Origin: Lytechinus pictus
Taxonomy: Eukaryota
Direction of reading: 5' to 3'
Length of the DNA: 64,000 bases
Assembly (NCBI RefSeq): GCF_037042905.1
Contig: NC_087250.1
Span: 12,650,001 to 12,714,000, forward strand
The notes below the pieces were generated by a model. It saw only the letters and a list, made by a program, of their open reading frames with translations, was not told the DNA's origin and ran no database searches. Each line of letters begins with the position of its first letter. Position 1 is the first letter of the stretch. Below, piece by piece: positions 35,972-49,099 of this stretch. Made by a program: the position numbers and the translations under genes.

Positions 35972-38255
35972 TCTTGTACTTCTGTATCTTTATCTAACAC
36001 TTTAGTTCAGACAGCAAGGCTTGTGATATTTCAACGAAAAGAGAAAATATAGCAAATATTTCTGCAAAATTATTGTGTCAAGTTGTGGAACGCAATAGTC
36101 ATTAATCGGATAAGATTACTTTCAAAATTAATGATCTTCATTCGGAAGGGGAAAAGGGAGGGGAGTGGGAAGACTACCCCATCCCCACACAAAGAGTTTT
36201 AATGGTACAAAACAAGGGTGTAGGCTGGTCTGAGCATGGGTGAGGAGGGGGACCTAAAGTGGTATGATGATGATGATGATGCACAGCATTTGTATAGCGC
36301 CATATATCTGTCAAAGACATTAAAGGCGCATTGGAGGAGCCAGCCAATCCATATATAGAAGGGCGCGCACACAGAACTGTGACCCACAGGTCTCTCCTCC
36401 CGATAACCATGATAACTGGTTGGGGGAATGCAGGTGGACCACTACACTATGGGGGTGCACATCTTAGGGAGGTGGAACTAACATTTGGAAAATCAGCTGT
36501 TGAAAGCAGAAGAAGAGGTACAAATTTCGTTTTGCTTGCCAGTGTCGGAACTACTTTGTCTCAGCAGGAGAGTGCACCCCCTGCAGCTTAGTAATTGTTG
36601 GGTATATACAATTTAAATCGAGTCAGTATCCCGCACTTTGGGGCCCCTCTCAAGAAAATTAGAAAAGAACTTTGATGTTTTACTGTAGCATAATAAAGTT
36701 GTTCAGTCTGAAGGTTAATTTGCTAAACGCTTTCATAAGATATATATTGTCAATTACCACCGGATTCAGGAAACATAAGTACAGAGCAATAGAAGATAGC
36801 ATTAATGAAATGAAACTGAATGTTTGCAATCATAAAAAAAATCGCGATAACATAATGGGCCGGGAGATTTAATGTAACTTACAAGTGATCAATCAATGAT
36901 TAACAAAGAGTATGTTTAAATATCGCACGTATAGGCCAAATGTAAATATACTCAACAGAAACACGGTTATTATCCTAACAAATCGTCGGCAATAACGGAG
37001 TACACCAGCATGAAAATAATTATATCATACATAATACAGTAATATTCACAGAGCAAAACGCTGAAAATGTCATCATAATATGATGAAAAAACGAAGTTAT
37101 TAAATTGTGAAATTTTGTAATATTTTATGAAGACAGTAATGTGTACACCGTGAGTTGTTGATGCCATGTCCCCACTTCTTTTTTCATGAAATCATAATTA
37201 TTATTTTTTTGTTTATACATTTGTGTATAATATGCATTATACCCATAACAGATTAAGTTGCAGAAACGATGAAATCAGTTATTTATCAAATTCTTTTTCA
37301 TGATTGCTAGGAAAAAATTGAATGAACATGATTTCATGACATAAAAAATATTTATTTGGAATATGACATCAGCTTGCTTACTGCATATTCATATAGAATT
37401 GTTTGGCCGAAAAAAAAGCAAAGTCAATGAGCTAGCTGATTATGTCAGATGCCAACTTATTATTTTTTATTATATGAAATTATATTTCTTCAAAGTTTTC
37501 CCAGCTAGAATAAAACAAAAAATTGATTGACAACTAGTTCAATGCAGTGGATATTTATTGCTGCAAATAATTTTGTTATAAGGATGACATACACACATAA
37601 TTATATGGAAGATTGAAATAATCATGATTCCTTGTAATAACATAAGAAAAGGGGAAGTGGGTAATAAACATCATCTGTTCTCCTAAATGAATGTTCATGG
37701 AGGCATGCATATCACTGTCTTAACATGACTCTTTAATATTCAATATCTCCGCTATATATTTTACCCGATTCTGATGAAATTTCCAGCATTTTCCTGGGTG
37801 CATTTTACTCTATTTATTTAGATATAATTATTTCCTGCACGGAATACCTCTTTAATTAAAGGTCAAGTCCACCCCAGAAAAAATGTTGATTTGAATCAAT
37901 AGAGAAAAATTTTACAAGCATAATGTTGAAAATTTCATGAAAATCGGATGTAGTATAAGAAAGTTGTGACATCATCAGTCCCCTCATTATACCGACCAGG
38001 ATGTGCAGATAACTGTTTTGTGAAATTAAGCGAAACTTTAAACAGCCATAACTTTCTTAATTTACATCCGATTTTGATGAAATTTTCAGTTTTATGCTTG
38101 TTTGGTTTTTCTCTTTAAATTCAAATCAACATTTTGTTGGGGTGGACTTGTCCTTTAAAGTATTAGCCCGGGCCCTTAGGTTTCCGGTCCTTGACTGGCG
38201 GTAAGGGCAGGCTTAACACTGGTTTAGGCCTATATGATTTTACTATAATCACCAA

Positions 38256-39446
38256 CAGTGGCGTACCGTGGGTCGCAGCATTGGGGGGGGGGGGGGGCAC
38301 CAGCAAAAAAAAATAGTCACTTATAGTGAGCGCACGAAGCGCGCTGTTGCCAGGTATACTGACCTTATAGAAACATTTAAAGGACAGTGCCATTAAACGA
38401 ATATGTATCATCAAATAATGCGAGTGCGAAGCGCGGTCTGAATTTTTTTAATATTCAGACCTAAAAAGGGACATTATAATAATTTTTTTGTAATCACGAT
38501 ACGTACCTGTCTCGCTAAACAAACAATGCGAGCGCGAAGCGCGAGCTGAAATTTTTGTATATATTGACCCCAAACAGGGATATTTTAAGGACTTTTTTTT
38601 AAAGAAATCCATTAAGAGTATACATATCTCACCGTAGCCGTATAATGCGAGTGCCAAGTGCTTGCTGATTTTGTTAGAATTACATCTAAACACATGAAGC
38701 ACTTTTTGTAGTCATTGTAATCATGATTATCATACGCATCTCACTAATCAAATATTGCGAGCGCGAAGCGCGAGCTAAAAATTTAGACGTGAAGAGGGCA
38801 TTCTAAGGCTTGTTTGTAGGAATGCACCAAGACCATATCCGTATTTCACTAAATAAATGATGCGAGCGCGAAGCGCGAGCTGAAAAGTTTTTTTATTCAG
38901 ATCAGAAAAATGTACATTTTAAGGACTGATTTTAGGAATTCATGAAGAGCAGACATATCTCACAATCCACTAATGCGAACGTAAGCACGGAGAGGATTTT
39001 TTATACTAAGACCTTAACATGTGGCAATCACTTTAAGTAATCATGAAAAAGAAGCATATGTCACTAATTAAAACAATTATAACTCGAAGTGCGAGGCCAA
39101 GGAAATATATTTGGTGTATATTGACTTGAAAGCGGTAGGTTTTAGTACAACAGGATTATATATCTCGTTAAACAGACGATGCGAGCACCAGGAACAATGA
39201 AGACATAGGCCCTGAGCAAATCATGTTTCAAAAAGTTGTGAAAAAATATTTCTTATGTAATATAACATAACATAATTATAATATAATATAAAGTTATAAT
39301 GAACAATAATATCTTTTTTCCCACTACGTTTCTCTTACTTTCTCCCTCTTTTTCTTTTTTTCTCCCGTTTTTTTTTTTTTTTTTTGGCCAGCCGATTGGG
39401 GGGGGGGGGCACGTGCCCCCCATGCCCCCCCGTAGTTACGCCACTG
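38256..39446 (+). mobile_element. hAT-like MITE, copy 2
   Basis: Same TIRs and body as copy 1; perfect 8-bp TSD atcaccaa. Confidence 0.92.
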
Positions 39447-41777
39447 ATCACCAATTTGACAAAAAATTCAAGCCTCAAGTAAATGTACAGTGAAAAAGAT
39501 GGATTGTTGAAATTCTTATAAACGTAAAATTAACATTTAAAAGGTTGGGAGAAGGGACTACCTTTCCCACGTGTTGCAATTACCCTTTTTATGGTTCGAT
39601 TCAGCGTTTTAAATGTTGGATTAAGCTTTAGGCAAGGTTGGATATAACATATTGAAAAAAATCACTTCTACTACATTTCAAGTATTAACATTTCATTTTA
39701 GAGTGTATATGAATTCAATATAACAAGCAAAAAAGTTTTTGCAGTAACTTACAATTTGTGTCAGTTTTAACGAAAGAGCGGAAGTACACGCGTAGATTTT
39801 CCCCCTTGATAAATTGATTACCATCGGCCTTCACAAGAAATTGAATAATGAGGTTGGGGGAGATTGGTTTACTTATTTGAACATTAAGATATTTATAGAC
39901 ATGACATGCACGTATGATGTCAGATAACATGAGATTACGGAGAAGCCATAAGTGGATACTGCTACAAAATGATTGGCGGATAAAAGATCGGTCCGCCAAT
40001 GTTATTATCTTTTTTTTTGTTATTTTTTTTAAAGCAATAAATATATTACGTGCATTACTGTTCGTGATTCGCTGCCCAGTTTATGGACGTGTTAAGAAAG
40101 AGGCGTGTACTAGTGCGCGTGTGGGTGTGTGTTTTGGGAAAATTCTCATTCTTCTTCTTCTCCTTCCTCTTCGAGCACTTGCCGGCATTTGATAAAACGA
40201 TTTGAGCTTGACTTTGGTTTATTTCTTACTTTGGAAATTAACTTGGTATTCCTGAAATGCCCCGCAAAATCTGTTATTTTATTTTCATTTTCAGTAATAA
40301 CTGATTTGAACCAAAGTTAAAGATATTTACAAAAGATTGCCTTTCCGAAAAAAATTACAAGAAAAAAAATAAAAGAAGGTCTTCACTTTCAAGGGGGGGG
40401 GGAAACACTTCAGTTTTAATGGCATTTTTCATTAATTTTGCTTCTCAAGGGGAGGGAGGCACGGGCCGGCTGTGCCCCCACCCCCCCCCCCCCCCGATCC
40501 GCCAGTGTTTACATGCAGTGACTGATATAAGTAACGTTAGTCTATAAGGTTAGGTACAGTGAATGAGCTTTTTTAAATCAAAATCAAATTTGTTTAGGCA
40601 TAGATATAAGTTAGAGTTCAGTCCAGGTCCAGGGCAGACCAAGAATGCATGTTGAGCCATGATGGTGCAGATAATCTGAACTTATTTGGGGATGAGATAA
40701 AACATGATGACTAAATCTAGATCGACAGTCTAGATCTATGTCAGACTAAGTTAGGTTGCGGCTGTGCTGTGGTGGTGGTCCTGATCTCTCTGTTGTCGAA
40801 CCAGGTCCAGGACCAAATCTTACTATGTTTTGTTAGCACTTTACATTAAACTTACGTTGTCGTTAGCAAGATTAAACGTTTGATTTCTCTAATTTTTAGA
40901 TTCTAGCCTAACGTTAGATCTAACTTTAGTCTACACGTTAAAATGTTAAACCTAATTTATAGATCTAGGCCTAAATCTAGATCTACTTACCCAATTTCCT
41001 CGTCCAAAAGCTGATCTTACTCCTCATTGCTCATCAGACACCACCATAGATCTTTGACGTTAGACCAAATCCAAAACTAAAACAGTTTTAAAACTAAGCT
41101 TCATGCTCTATTATGAGCCATGTGATATGCTTGGCATTAAGTCCCATTTTGTCATTTTTTTATTGAAACCTGCTGCGACAGGATGAGCATGATTTTCATG
41201 ACATTACTAAAGTTATAAGAAAGTAAGACTTTGTTCAATTTAACGGGAAACTTTTTCTTTTAGTTGGATAATCTGAAGGTCATCATTTTACATCATATTA
41301 AAACAAAAACTTCAAATATAGGTTGCGGGAAAATAAAAAAAGGGTCAAATTTGTAGTGCCGGACAAAGTGTAATGCGACTGACCGGGGTTACTCTATCCA
41401 CAAGAGAAACTTGAAGTTACTTCCCAAATACAAATGTCTTATATTAAACCTCTATTTGTAAGTAATGTCTTGCAGGTATTGAAATTGGCAAAAGTGTTTT
41501 GATTTAAAAGAATTATTAAACAGTAATCAGCCGTATTTTTTCCATGTCCTTTTTGTGTAATGCGACTGACCGATTTTTGGACGTCACGGTGTCGACAATA
41601 TACATAGCTACAATCATTCTGTATTGTATTGTTCTAAAGCCTTAGATGTCAAGATAAATTGACAGTATAAACTTGACAGAAAGACTGACCCCTGTAAAGC
41701 TGACAGAGCCAAGTATAAAAAAGACACGTAAAAGTGTAATGCGACTTACCGAGGAATCGCCCATATACATATATATA

Positions 41778-42597
41778 CAGTGCGTCCCAGAAAAAACGAA
41801 ACCGAGATTTAGCAATGATTTATCATAACTTAATCACAAATACAATAGACAAATGACCTACCAATGTAAAGCTGAGAATCTCCTCTTTCATCTGAAGTTA
41901 CTTAGATTATTTCTCATTCACGCATGAGTGAGCAAAAACAATTTGAAGAGGGGATACCAAAAAGTCATTTAGCGGGCTGTATCTGGGTTTCAAAAAGAAA
42001 ACCACGTTATTAAAAAGTTCAATATCTGCTCTTTAATTTGATATCTAGCTCAATTACAGAAAAGGGGAAAAAAACAAAGTTATGGTTATTTGAAATAAGG
42101 CTTGAATTTCAATAATTTCATAAAATTAAGAGGTTCTACCGGCTAGCGTTCAAACTCACTTGACACTCAGTCTTGTTGACGATCAGCCATGCATTAAGTC
42201 TTGTTAACCATGCGATAGCTTCTGTGGGAAACCGGTGAAAACACGTTTATTTAATGAAATTATGAAAATACAAGCATTGTTTCGAGGGAACATAACTTTT
42301 TTACTTCTTGACCATTTTTTGTGATTAAGGTTTCAAATAAAAGAGCAGATATTGAACATTTTAGGCATGTGATTTTCTTTTTGAAATTCAGATACCCCCC
42401 GCCAAATGAGTTTTTGGTATCCTTTCTTCAAATTGTTTTTGCTCACTCATGCGTGAATGGGGAATAATCTAAGTAATATCAGATGAAAGAGGAGATTCTA
42501 AGCTTTACATTGGTAGGTCATTTGTTTGTTGTATTTTGTGATTAAGTTATGATAAATCATTGCTTAATCTCGGTTTCGTTTTTTCTGGGACGCACTG
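41778..42597. mobile_element. Tc1/mariner-like MITE with long TIRs, inserted in (TA)n
   Basis: TA-CAGTGCGTCCCAGAAAAAACGAAACCGAG...CTCGGTTTCGTTTTTTCTGGGACGCACTG-TA; near-palindromic over most of its length. Confidence 0.92.
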
Positions 42598-42844
42598 TAT
42601 ATATATAATATAATATATTGTAACAAAGTGAAAGTTTATTTAATGGTTTTGGAACGGAGTAGCATAGAGAAATTCAGTAATCGTTTGTAATCGATTATTT
42701 AAGGATTTTCTTTTAAAATATAATCACTACTTGTAGAGAAATAACGATGTTACAACTGTATGATTATGTTAGACATGTACCTTATTTATTTTTTACTGTT
42801 CGAGATCGAGAGGGGAGGGAGAAAGAATGCCCTCTACTGAGTGT

Positions 42845-45210
42845 ATATCAAACATTTAAACAATAATTTTTACATAAGTATTTGAATCTAGTTAAAGTTA
42901 AAGAATTTTTCACAACGTAAGGTAACGAATTCCAATCATGAACACCTTGAAATCTTATTGTATGTTGGGTTAAGGAGGTACGTGCAAAAGGAAGAAGAAA
43001 TTTGTATTTGTTTCTGGTCTCATAAGAATGATAACAAGAATTTGTTTTAAACATATATCATTAAATATTGCTGGGAGCTCTTGTTTATGAAAATTGAACA
43101 TAAATATTAATTTGTTTACTGTAACAAGATAAAAAACTGGCAAAAATTTTAGGTCACAAAACAAAGGAGTACTTGGTGTCATGTGGTTAGAATAAGTAAT
43201 AATACGGACAGCACGTTTTAGAAGAATACGCATTTTATATAAGTGTGTATTGTAAGAGTTGCCGCATATCATATTACAATAATTGATATGTGGTAATATA
43301 ATACTGTTGTAAATAACTAATAGAATATGTTATGGCAGTGTGTTTCTAAAGTGTGTTATGATACCAACACCCCTAGAGATCTTAGAACAAACATGAGAAA
43401 TGTGGTTGGACCAATCAAGTGATTCATGAAGTTTGATGCCTAAAAATTATACAATATGATCAGATTTCTTAAGAACGTCATTTTTGATATACACAGGGGA
43501 AAATTGACAAGAATGTTTTTTCCGTGTGGAATGAAATATTATGTAATGTGTTTTATCAACATTTAAAAAGAGTTTGTTACAAATATACCATTCACTTAGT
43601 TTCTCTAATTCGACATTAATATTACATATCAGAATATTTATATCTTTGTGAGATGAAATGACAGCAGTATTGCCAGCAAATAATGAAAATTTGAGAATAT
43701 TTGAAGTATGTATAATGTCATATATGTATAACAAAAATATAAGTGGCCCAAGCACAGATCCCTGTGGAACACCAGTATCTACATGTATGTATGAAAAATT
43801 GGATGCTACACCATCGACCATCACATACTGTTTCCTTTCAAATAAATAACTACTAAACCATTCAAGAGATACACCTCTTATACCATAATAATACAATTTT
43901 TCAAGCAGATGGTCGATGGTGTCAAATGCTTTGGAAAGATCTATAAAAAGCCCAGAGAAAAATTTACCTTCATCAAATTTACGTGATAAATAATCTGTAA
44001 TATTCAATATGCTTAAATAAGTTGAATGTTTTTCCCGGAAGCCAAATTGCTCTGAAACTAGAAGATTATGTTTGGATAAAAATGTATAAAGTCTTTTATA
44101 CATATTTTTTTATGTAGATAAAAGTGCAATAGGCCTATAATTTTCTATACAATCAACTTGACCTTTCTTATATAAAGAAATAACTTTGGCAATCTTAAGT
44201 TTTTGGGGGGAATACTCCTGATACAAGAGATTTATTATAAATACAACACAAAGGTTCAACAAAAAAGTGTATACATTTTTTTCAAAACAGAAGTTAATAC
44301 ATCAACTGGGCCTGTCGCTTTTAGATGATTTAAGTTCATGACAAAGATTAATGATTTCATATGGAGAGGTTGGATTCAGAAACAAAGAGGAAATGGAGGA
44401 TGTAGTCAAAAAGTCTTTAAATGACTTAGTTGAATTAGGAATTGATGCTGAAATATTTTTAGCCATATTGAGAAAAAGAGAGTTGAAAGCTTGTGCTTTA
44501 TCTTTGGATGAATAGAAAGATGAATTTCCATGAAAATTTTTTTGTGGTAGTGAAACTTTGTTTATTTTGTCCAAGTAAATTATAATTTTCTCGCCACGTT
44601 TTAACCATGTCTCCCTTGACTAATAAAAATAACATAGAGTGATATTTTGCCTTTGTAGCTCTAATTATGGAAGTTAATCTATTCTTATAATCATAATATT
44701 TCCTTTTTTCCTTCTATTCAATATATTAATCGTACCTTTATACATTCTGTGTTTATGCTTCATTGACCTCAATATACTATTTGTAATCCAGGGTTTCTTA
44801 AAATGTATTTTACTACTGCGTGGGTTTGCAATACAGACAGTAAAATATTCATCATAAAGTAACATAAAAAAATAGGAAATAAAAAAAGTCTTAACAAATA
44901 TTCACATCATCGTTACTATAAACTGTCTGCCAATCATTTACTAATCTATTTTTATGATTCTTATTATTAATCGGTAAGACAACATTTTCTCTATCTTTAC
45001 ATACACAGAATATTAGGAAATGCTCAGAGAGCTCTGAATAAATGAGTCCTTGGTATCTACTTTTTTAAATTGAATTAGTAAAAATGCTGTCTATTAAAGA
45101 AGCTTTAGAAGATGTAATACGTGTGGGTTTAGTAATCAAGAGATACATATCAAAAGAAAACATTAAATCTAGAAAATCAGTTGTTTTGGAATGTGTATCA
45201 TAATTCAGTA
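42845..45210 (-). mobile_element. Degenerate CR1/L2-group LINE ORF2 (endonuclease remnant plus RT)
   Basis: Fragmented ORFs with KPWITNSI, QFGFREKHST, IDLSKAFDTID, GVPQGSVLGP and FAGN (dead catalytic motif). An ITKPTRIT...IDSIFTN endonuclease C-terminus lies near 45070-45140. Confidence 0.9.
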
Positions 45211-47264
45211 CACGCTCACACACAAAGAATCACACACAGAGAATCACACACAAAGAATCACACGCAGAAGATAAAATGATCCAATTGTACACATCAAACT
45301 TATATTTAATTATAAAGAAGCTATTTGATGAAAGCATGAAGTAGCCAAACATACTAAACAGTCAAGTTCCATCAGCAACATGATCATGTGTAAAGATACA
45401 AGTCTATTTACAAGCGTTTTAACAGCATCATGAACATGTCTACTGATATAAGTCTATGTACAGGAGTTCCATATAGTTCCATCAACATTCCATAAAAGAA
45501 GGTATGATAAACATAAATTGGACATGGCAGAAATTAAAAAATTTATATCATTTTACTGAAAATTGTCATAAAAATTCACCAAAAGTTCGCACGCAATCCA
45601 TTAATTACTCTTTCGAAAATGTAAAAGCACACTCATGAAGCTCGGTCGCTTGGCTCCCTCGCTTTTGGGTTTCTTGGACTTGGGCTGATACATAAATGAA
45701 ATTGAACGAATGGGTAGGGGCTTCCAAAGAAAAGACCACGATTGCATTCGAGGCAAGCCCCGGACCTTAGTTTCAGGGTTTCAGTATGTATAAGGAATTT
45801 CTCCAGCGTTCTACCATCAAGCGCCGTGGTGTAAAGGTTCTGACTCTCGCCTTGTAATCAGAGGGTCGTGTGTTCGAATCCCACCATGGCCTAGCGTCCT
45901 TTGGCAAGGCATCAATCCACAATTTGCCACTCTCCACCCATGTGTTAAATGGATACCCGGTAGGATGCGAAAGCCTATGTAGTATGCCTAGCAATTGAGT
46001 TTTGGAACTCTTGTTGGAATGCTCCCCAGGGAGTGGAGAAAGTGCATACATTGTATGCGGGCATGCAAGGATCCGATGACCGTGAAAATAATATATCTGT
46101 AAAGTGCTTAGAGACGTCGTTCCGATGTGTTAAGCGTAAATGCGGATCATTATTATTATAATTACCAACAACAAAAATCAGGACCAGGGACCGCGGAACG
46201 CTCTCGACAGTTTAGGGAGGGGGAGGGGAGGGTGCTTAACATGCAAAACAAAAATCACAATCAGACGTTTTTTTGTACATGTTTTGGAAAAAGTTTTTTA
46301 AAAAAATGACAGGATTTCGATGTCGATTCCCCCAACATGGTCTAATTTCACTGACCGCGAATGACCTTTGACCTTGGTCACGTCAACTGAATCTCGGGCA
46401 GGATGATAGGTAGGCTAATGCTCACCCTTATGGAGGGGCCACGGAAGCGAAGGGGGGGGGGGGGCTGGGCTTCAGCTCCCCCCCCCCACTTTTTTTCCGA
46501 AACCGTTATGATTAACATTGCCCGACCCCCAGCCCAACCCACCGCTCTCCAGTTGCGCGGCCTCTGAGAAGCCTCTTCTGCACTTAGGATAAACCTGTTT
46601 TTCATATCAATTTCGGACAAATGAAACATGATGATACGAAGCGATTAACAGTTGACTTCCCACTTGAGATAATATTTGATCTTCAGGTCAATGCTGCAGA
46701 TCGTGTTATTAATCTGAACGGTCATACACACAGGCCCGCTGTGAATTTTGGTCCAGGCTGGAGATATTTATATTTTAAGTAATATACTCACAGAGCAAAA
46801 TGCTGAAAATTTGATAAAATCGGATAACAAATGACGAAGTTATTGAATTTTAAAGATTTGCATTATTCTACCAAGAACTAAAAACAATTGGATTATAAAC
46901 TGATTAAGTGCATCAGTTATTCATTGCCGCAACTTATTTCATCATAATGAAATAATCAATTAAGAGACACACCATTTACACAGGTATGAAAATATGAAAC
47001 ATTTATGATTTCATGTAGGTTATATACCGGGTAATGACATAAGAAAAAGGAAAGTGGGGATGTGACATCATCAGCCCTCCTAATAAATATTCATGACGAT
47101 GTGCATATAACTGTTTTCACAAAATATTGATAAAGTTTAAAATTCAATAAATTCGTTATTTGTTATCCGATTTTGATGAATTTTCAGCATTTTGCTTTGT
47201 GAATTTCATTCTATTTATTGAGATAGAAATATCTCCAGCCTGGACCATCCCTTTAATTGTCAAT

Positions 47265-47640
47265 TCATCTACTGACCACTGGTCCACTCACCACATGGTG
47301 TACCTTCATATAGTCTAATGCCATTCCGTCTAACAACCATTTGGTCCAATAAACATTTGGTCCAATCCTCACTTCGTCTAATCCCCAGTTCGCCTGCGAC
47401 AATTTCGTCTCATAACCAGTTGGTCTAATATCCATTTTATTTTCATTCATTTCGCTCAATTAACACTTAGTCTAATTAGACCAAATGGTCATACGGACTA
47501 AATGTCTATTGGACCAACTGGAAAGTGAACGAAATGGCAATTAGACCATGTAGATAGTGAACGAACTGTTGGTAGACCAAAATTAGTAGACGTGTTGGTA
47601 ATTGGACCAAATGGCATTGGACCAAGTGAAAATAAACCAT
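47265..47640. repeat. Foldback element of short (~17-19 bp) subrepeats
   Basis: The left arm repeats ttggtcyaat-like units and the right arm repeats attrgaccaa-like units, centred on gtctaattagac (~47470-47481). Confidence 0.75.
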
Positions 47641-48414
47641 ACTTTTTAATACAAGACAGTGATGAGGACATATCACACAAAATATGCCGAGTCTGATTGA
47701 ACACCAAGGTTAGCCTGTCGGTCTCACATCTCGTTCCTAGTTAAAAAGAGAGAGAGAGAGATAAAGAAACAAACAAACAATGAGTAAATACATAAATAAA
47801 TGAATAAAGAATGAATGTCTTAATAAATCAACAATAATATAAATAAAATAATTGCTCGTTGAAAAGTCAGATCCAACGGATTTGGAATTTACTTATCTTA
47901 ACCCCGAACGAGGTAATATCAGACCTGATTTTTCGGCTCAATCTGACCTGGGATGTTTTCGGGTAAAGTGTAGGCCTATAAAGTAAGGCTGCAGAATTTG
48001 GGGTCGGGGGACGGGGGGGGGGGGGGGGGGCACGCGCACCAATCATGAACTTAAACATTTAGAAATTTGAGGGAACGGGGAAAAGTGGAAATTGAAGGTC
48101 GGGTTGTAGAACTGACATAATTTGTCATTTTAATAGAAAAAAAAATTATAATGCAATATTTATAAACCAATCGACCTACCTCGCACCCCGGGGTCACTCA
48201 CCAATAACCGTGTCCATTACCCTTGGAAGTGGACTCTATAAGAGGTGTGGCTTAACCTATATACATGTGGGGCCCTTAATATGGTACGAACTGGAAAACC
48301 ATTAAAAATCCGATTGGTTTTAAAAACAGAATACTAGTACTCAACTTCAGTGGCGGATCAACGGTCTGGCTGTGCCCCCCCCCCCCCCCCCCCCTTGAGA
48401 GCCACAAACAAAAT

Positions 48415-49088
48415 GGGTGATTACAAGTACGGTGTTGAAATCTGGTGTTGGTGTTGTGACAACACCAACACCAGCCACAACACCGTACTTGAAATCAGGT
48501 TGGTGTTGGAATTGACCTCGGAAAGTATGACGTATTTCCGGCAGTTCGTGTTGAATGCTGCTGTTGAATGTCGTCTGCTGAACCCAGCACTGTGGCTGGT
48601 GTTGACGATCTACGTGCAATTTCCCCATTCACCAACACCAACCCCAAGGGATTGGGAAAATCATGATTTCAAGTTCGGTGTTGGTGTTGGTGTTGGCAAT
48701 CTCAAGCTCGTGAACAGGCGGCGAACACGATGAAACATCCCCGTAAAATTAGCTTTTACAGTTAAGATGAGTACAAATCATTTGAGCTGTATATATTTTG
48801 ATGAAGAATAATGTTCACTCTTTCGAATTCTCGAATTAATTAAAACATTGATATTCTGTACGATGAGAATATAATGCATTTCTCTCCGATTTCATTTTCG
48901 TCGTCGAGACTTCTCGCGTGAAGTTGAGATGATTTAGCAGCGCAGCGCAGAGGCGTGACGTCATGTGCTATCGATAACGCAATCGGTATCATTCCGCTGA
49001 ACCCAGCTCGGTGTTGGAGGACGGTTCAGCGGCCTTTTTACGCTCTCAACACCAACACCAACACCGAACACCGAACTTGAAATCACTC
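48415..49088. mobile_element. MITE with (GGTGTT)n subrepeats (PIF/ISL2EU-like)
   Basis: at-GGGTGATTACAAGTACGGTGTT...AACACCGAACTTGAAATCACTC-at. Confidence 0.75.
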
Positions 49089-49099
49089 ATTGTGTAATG

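Noticed and set aside
39972..40000. attggcgga...tccgccaat inverted CCAAT pair as a promoter
   Set aside because: Only a 9-bp stem, with no associated gene start I could support.
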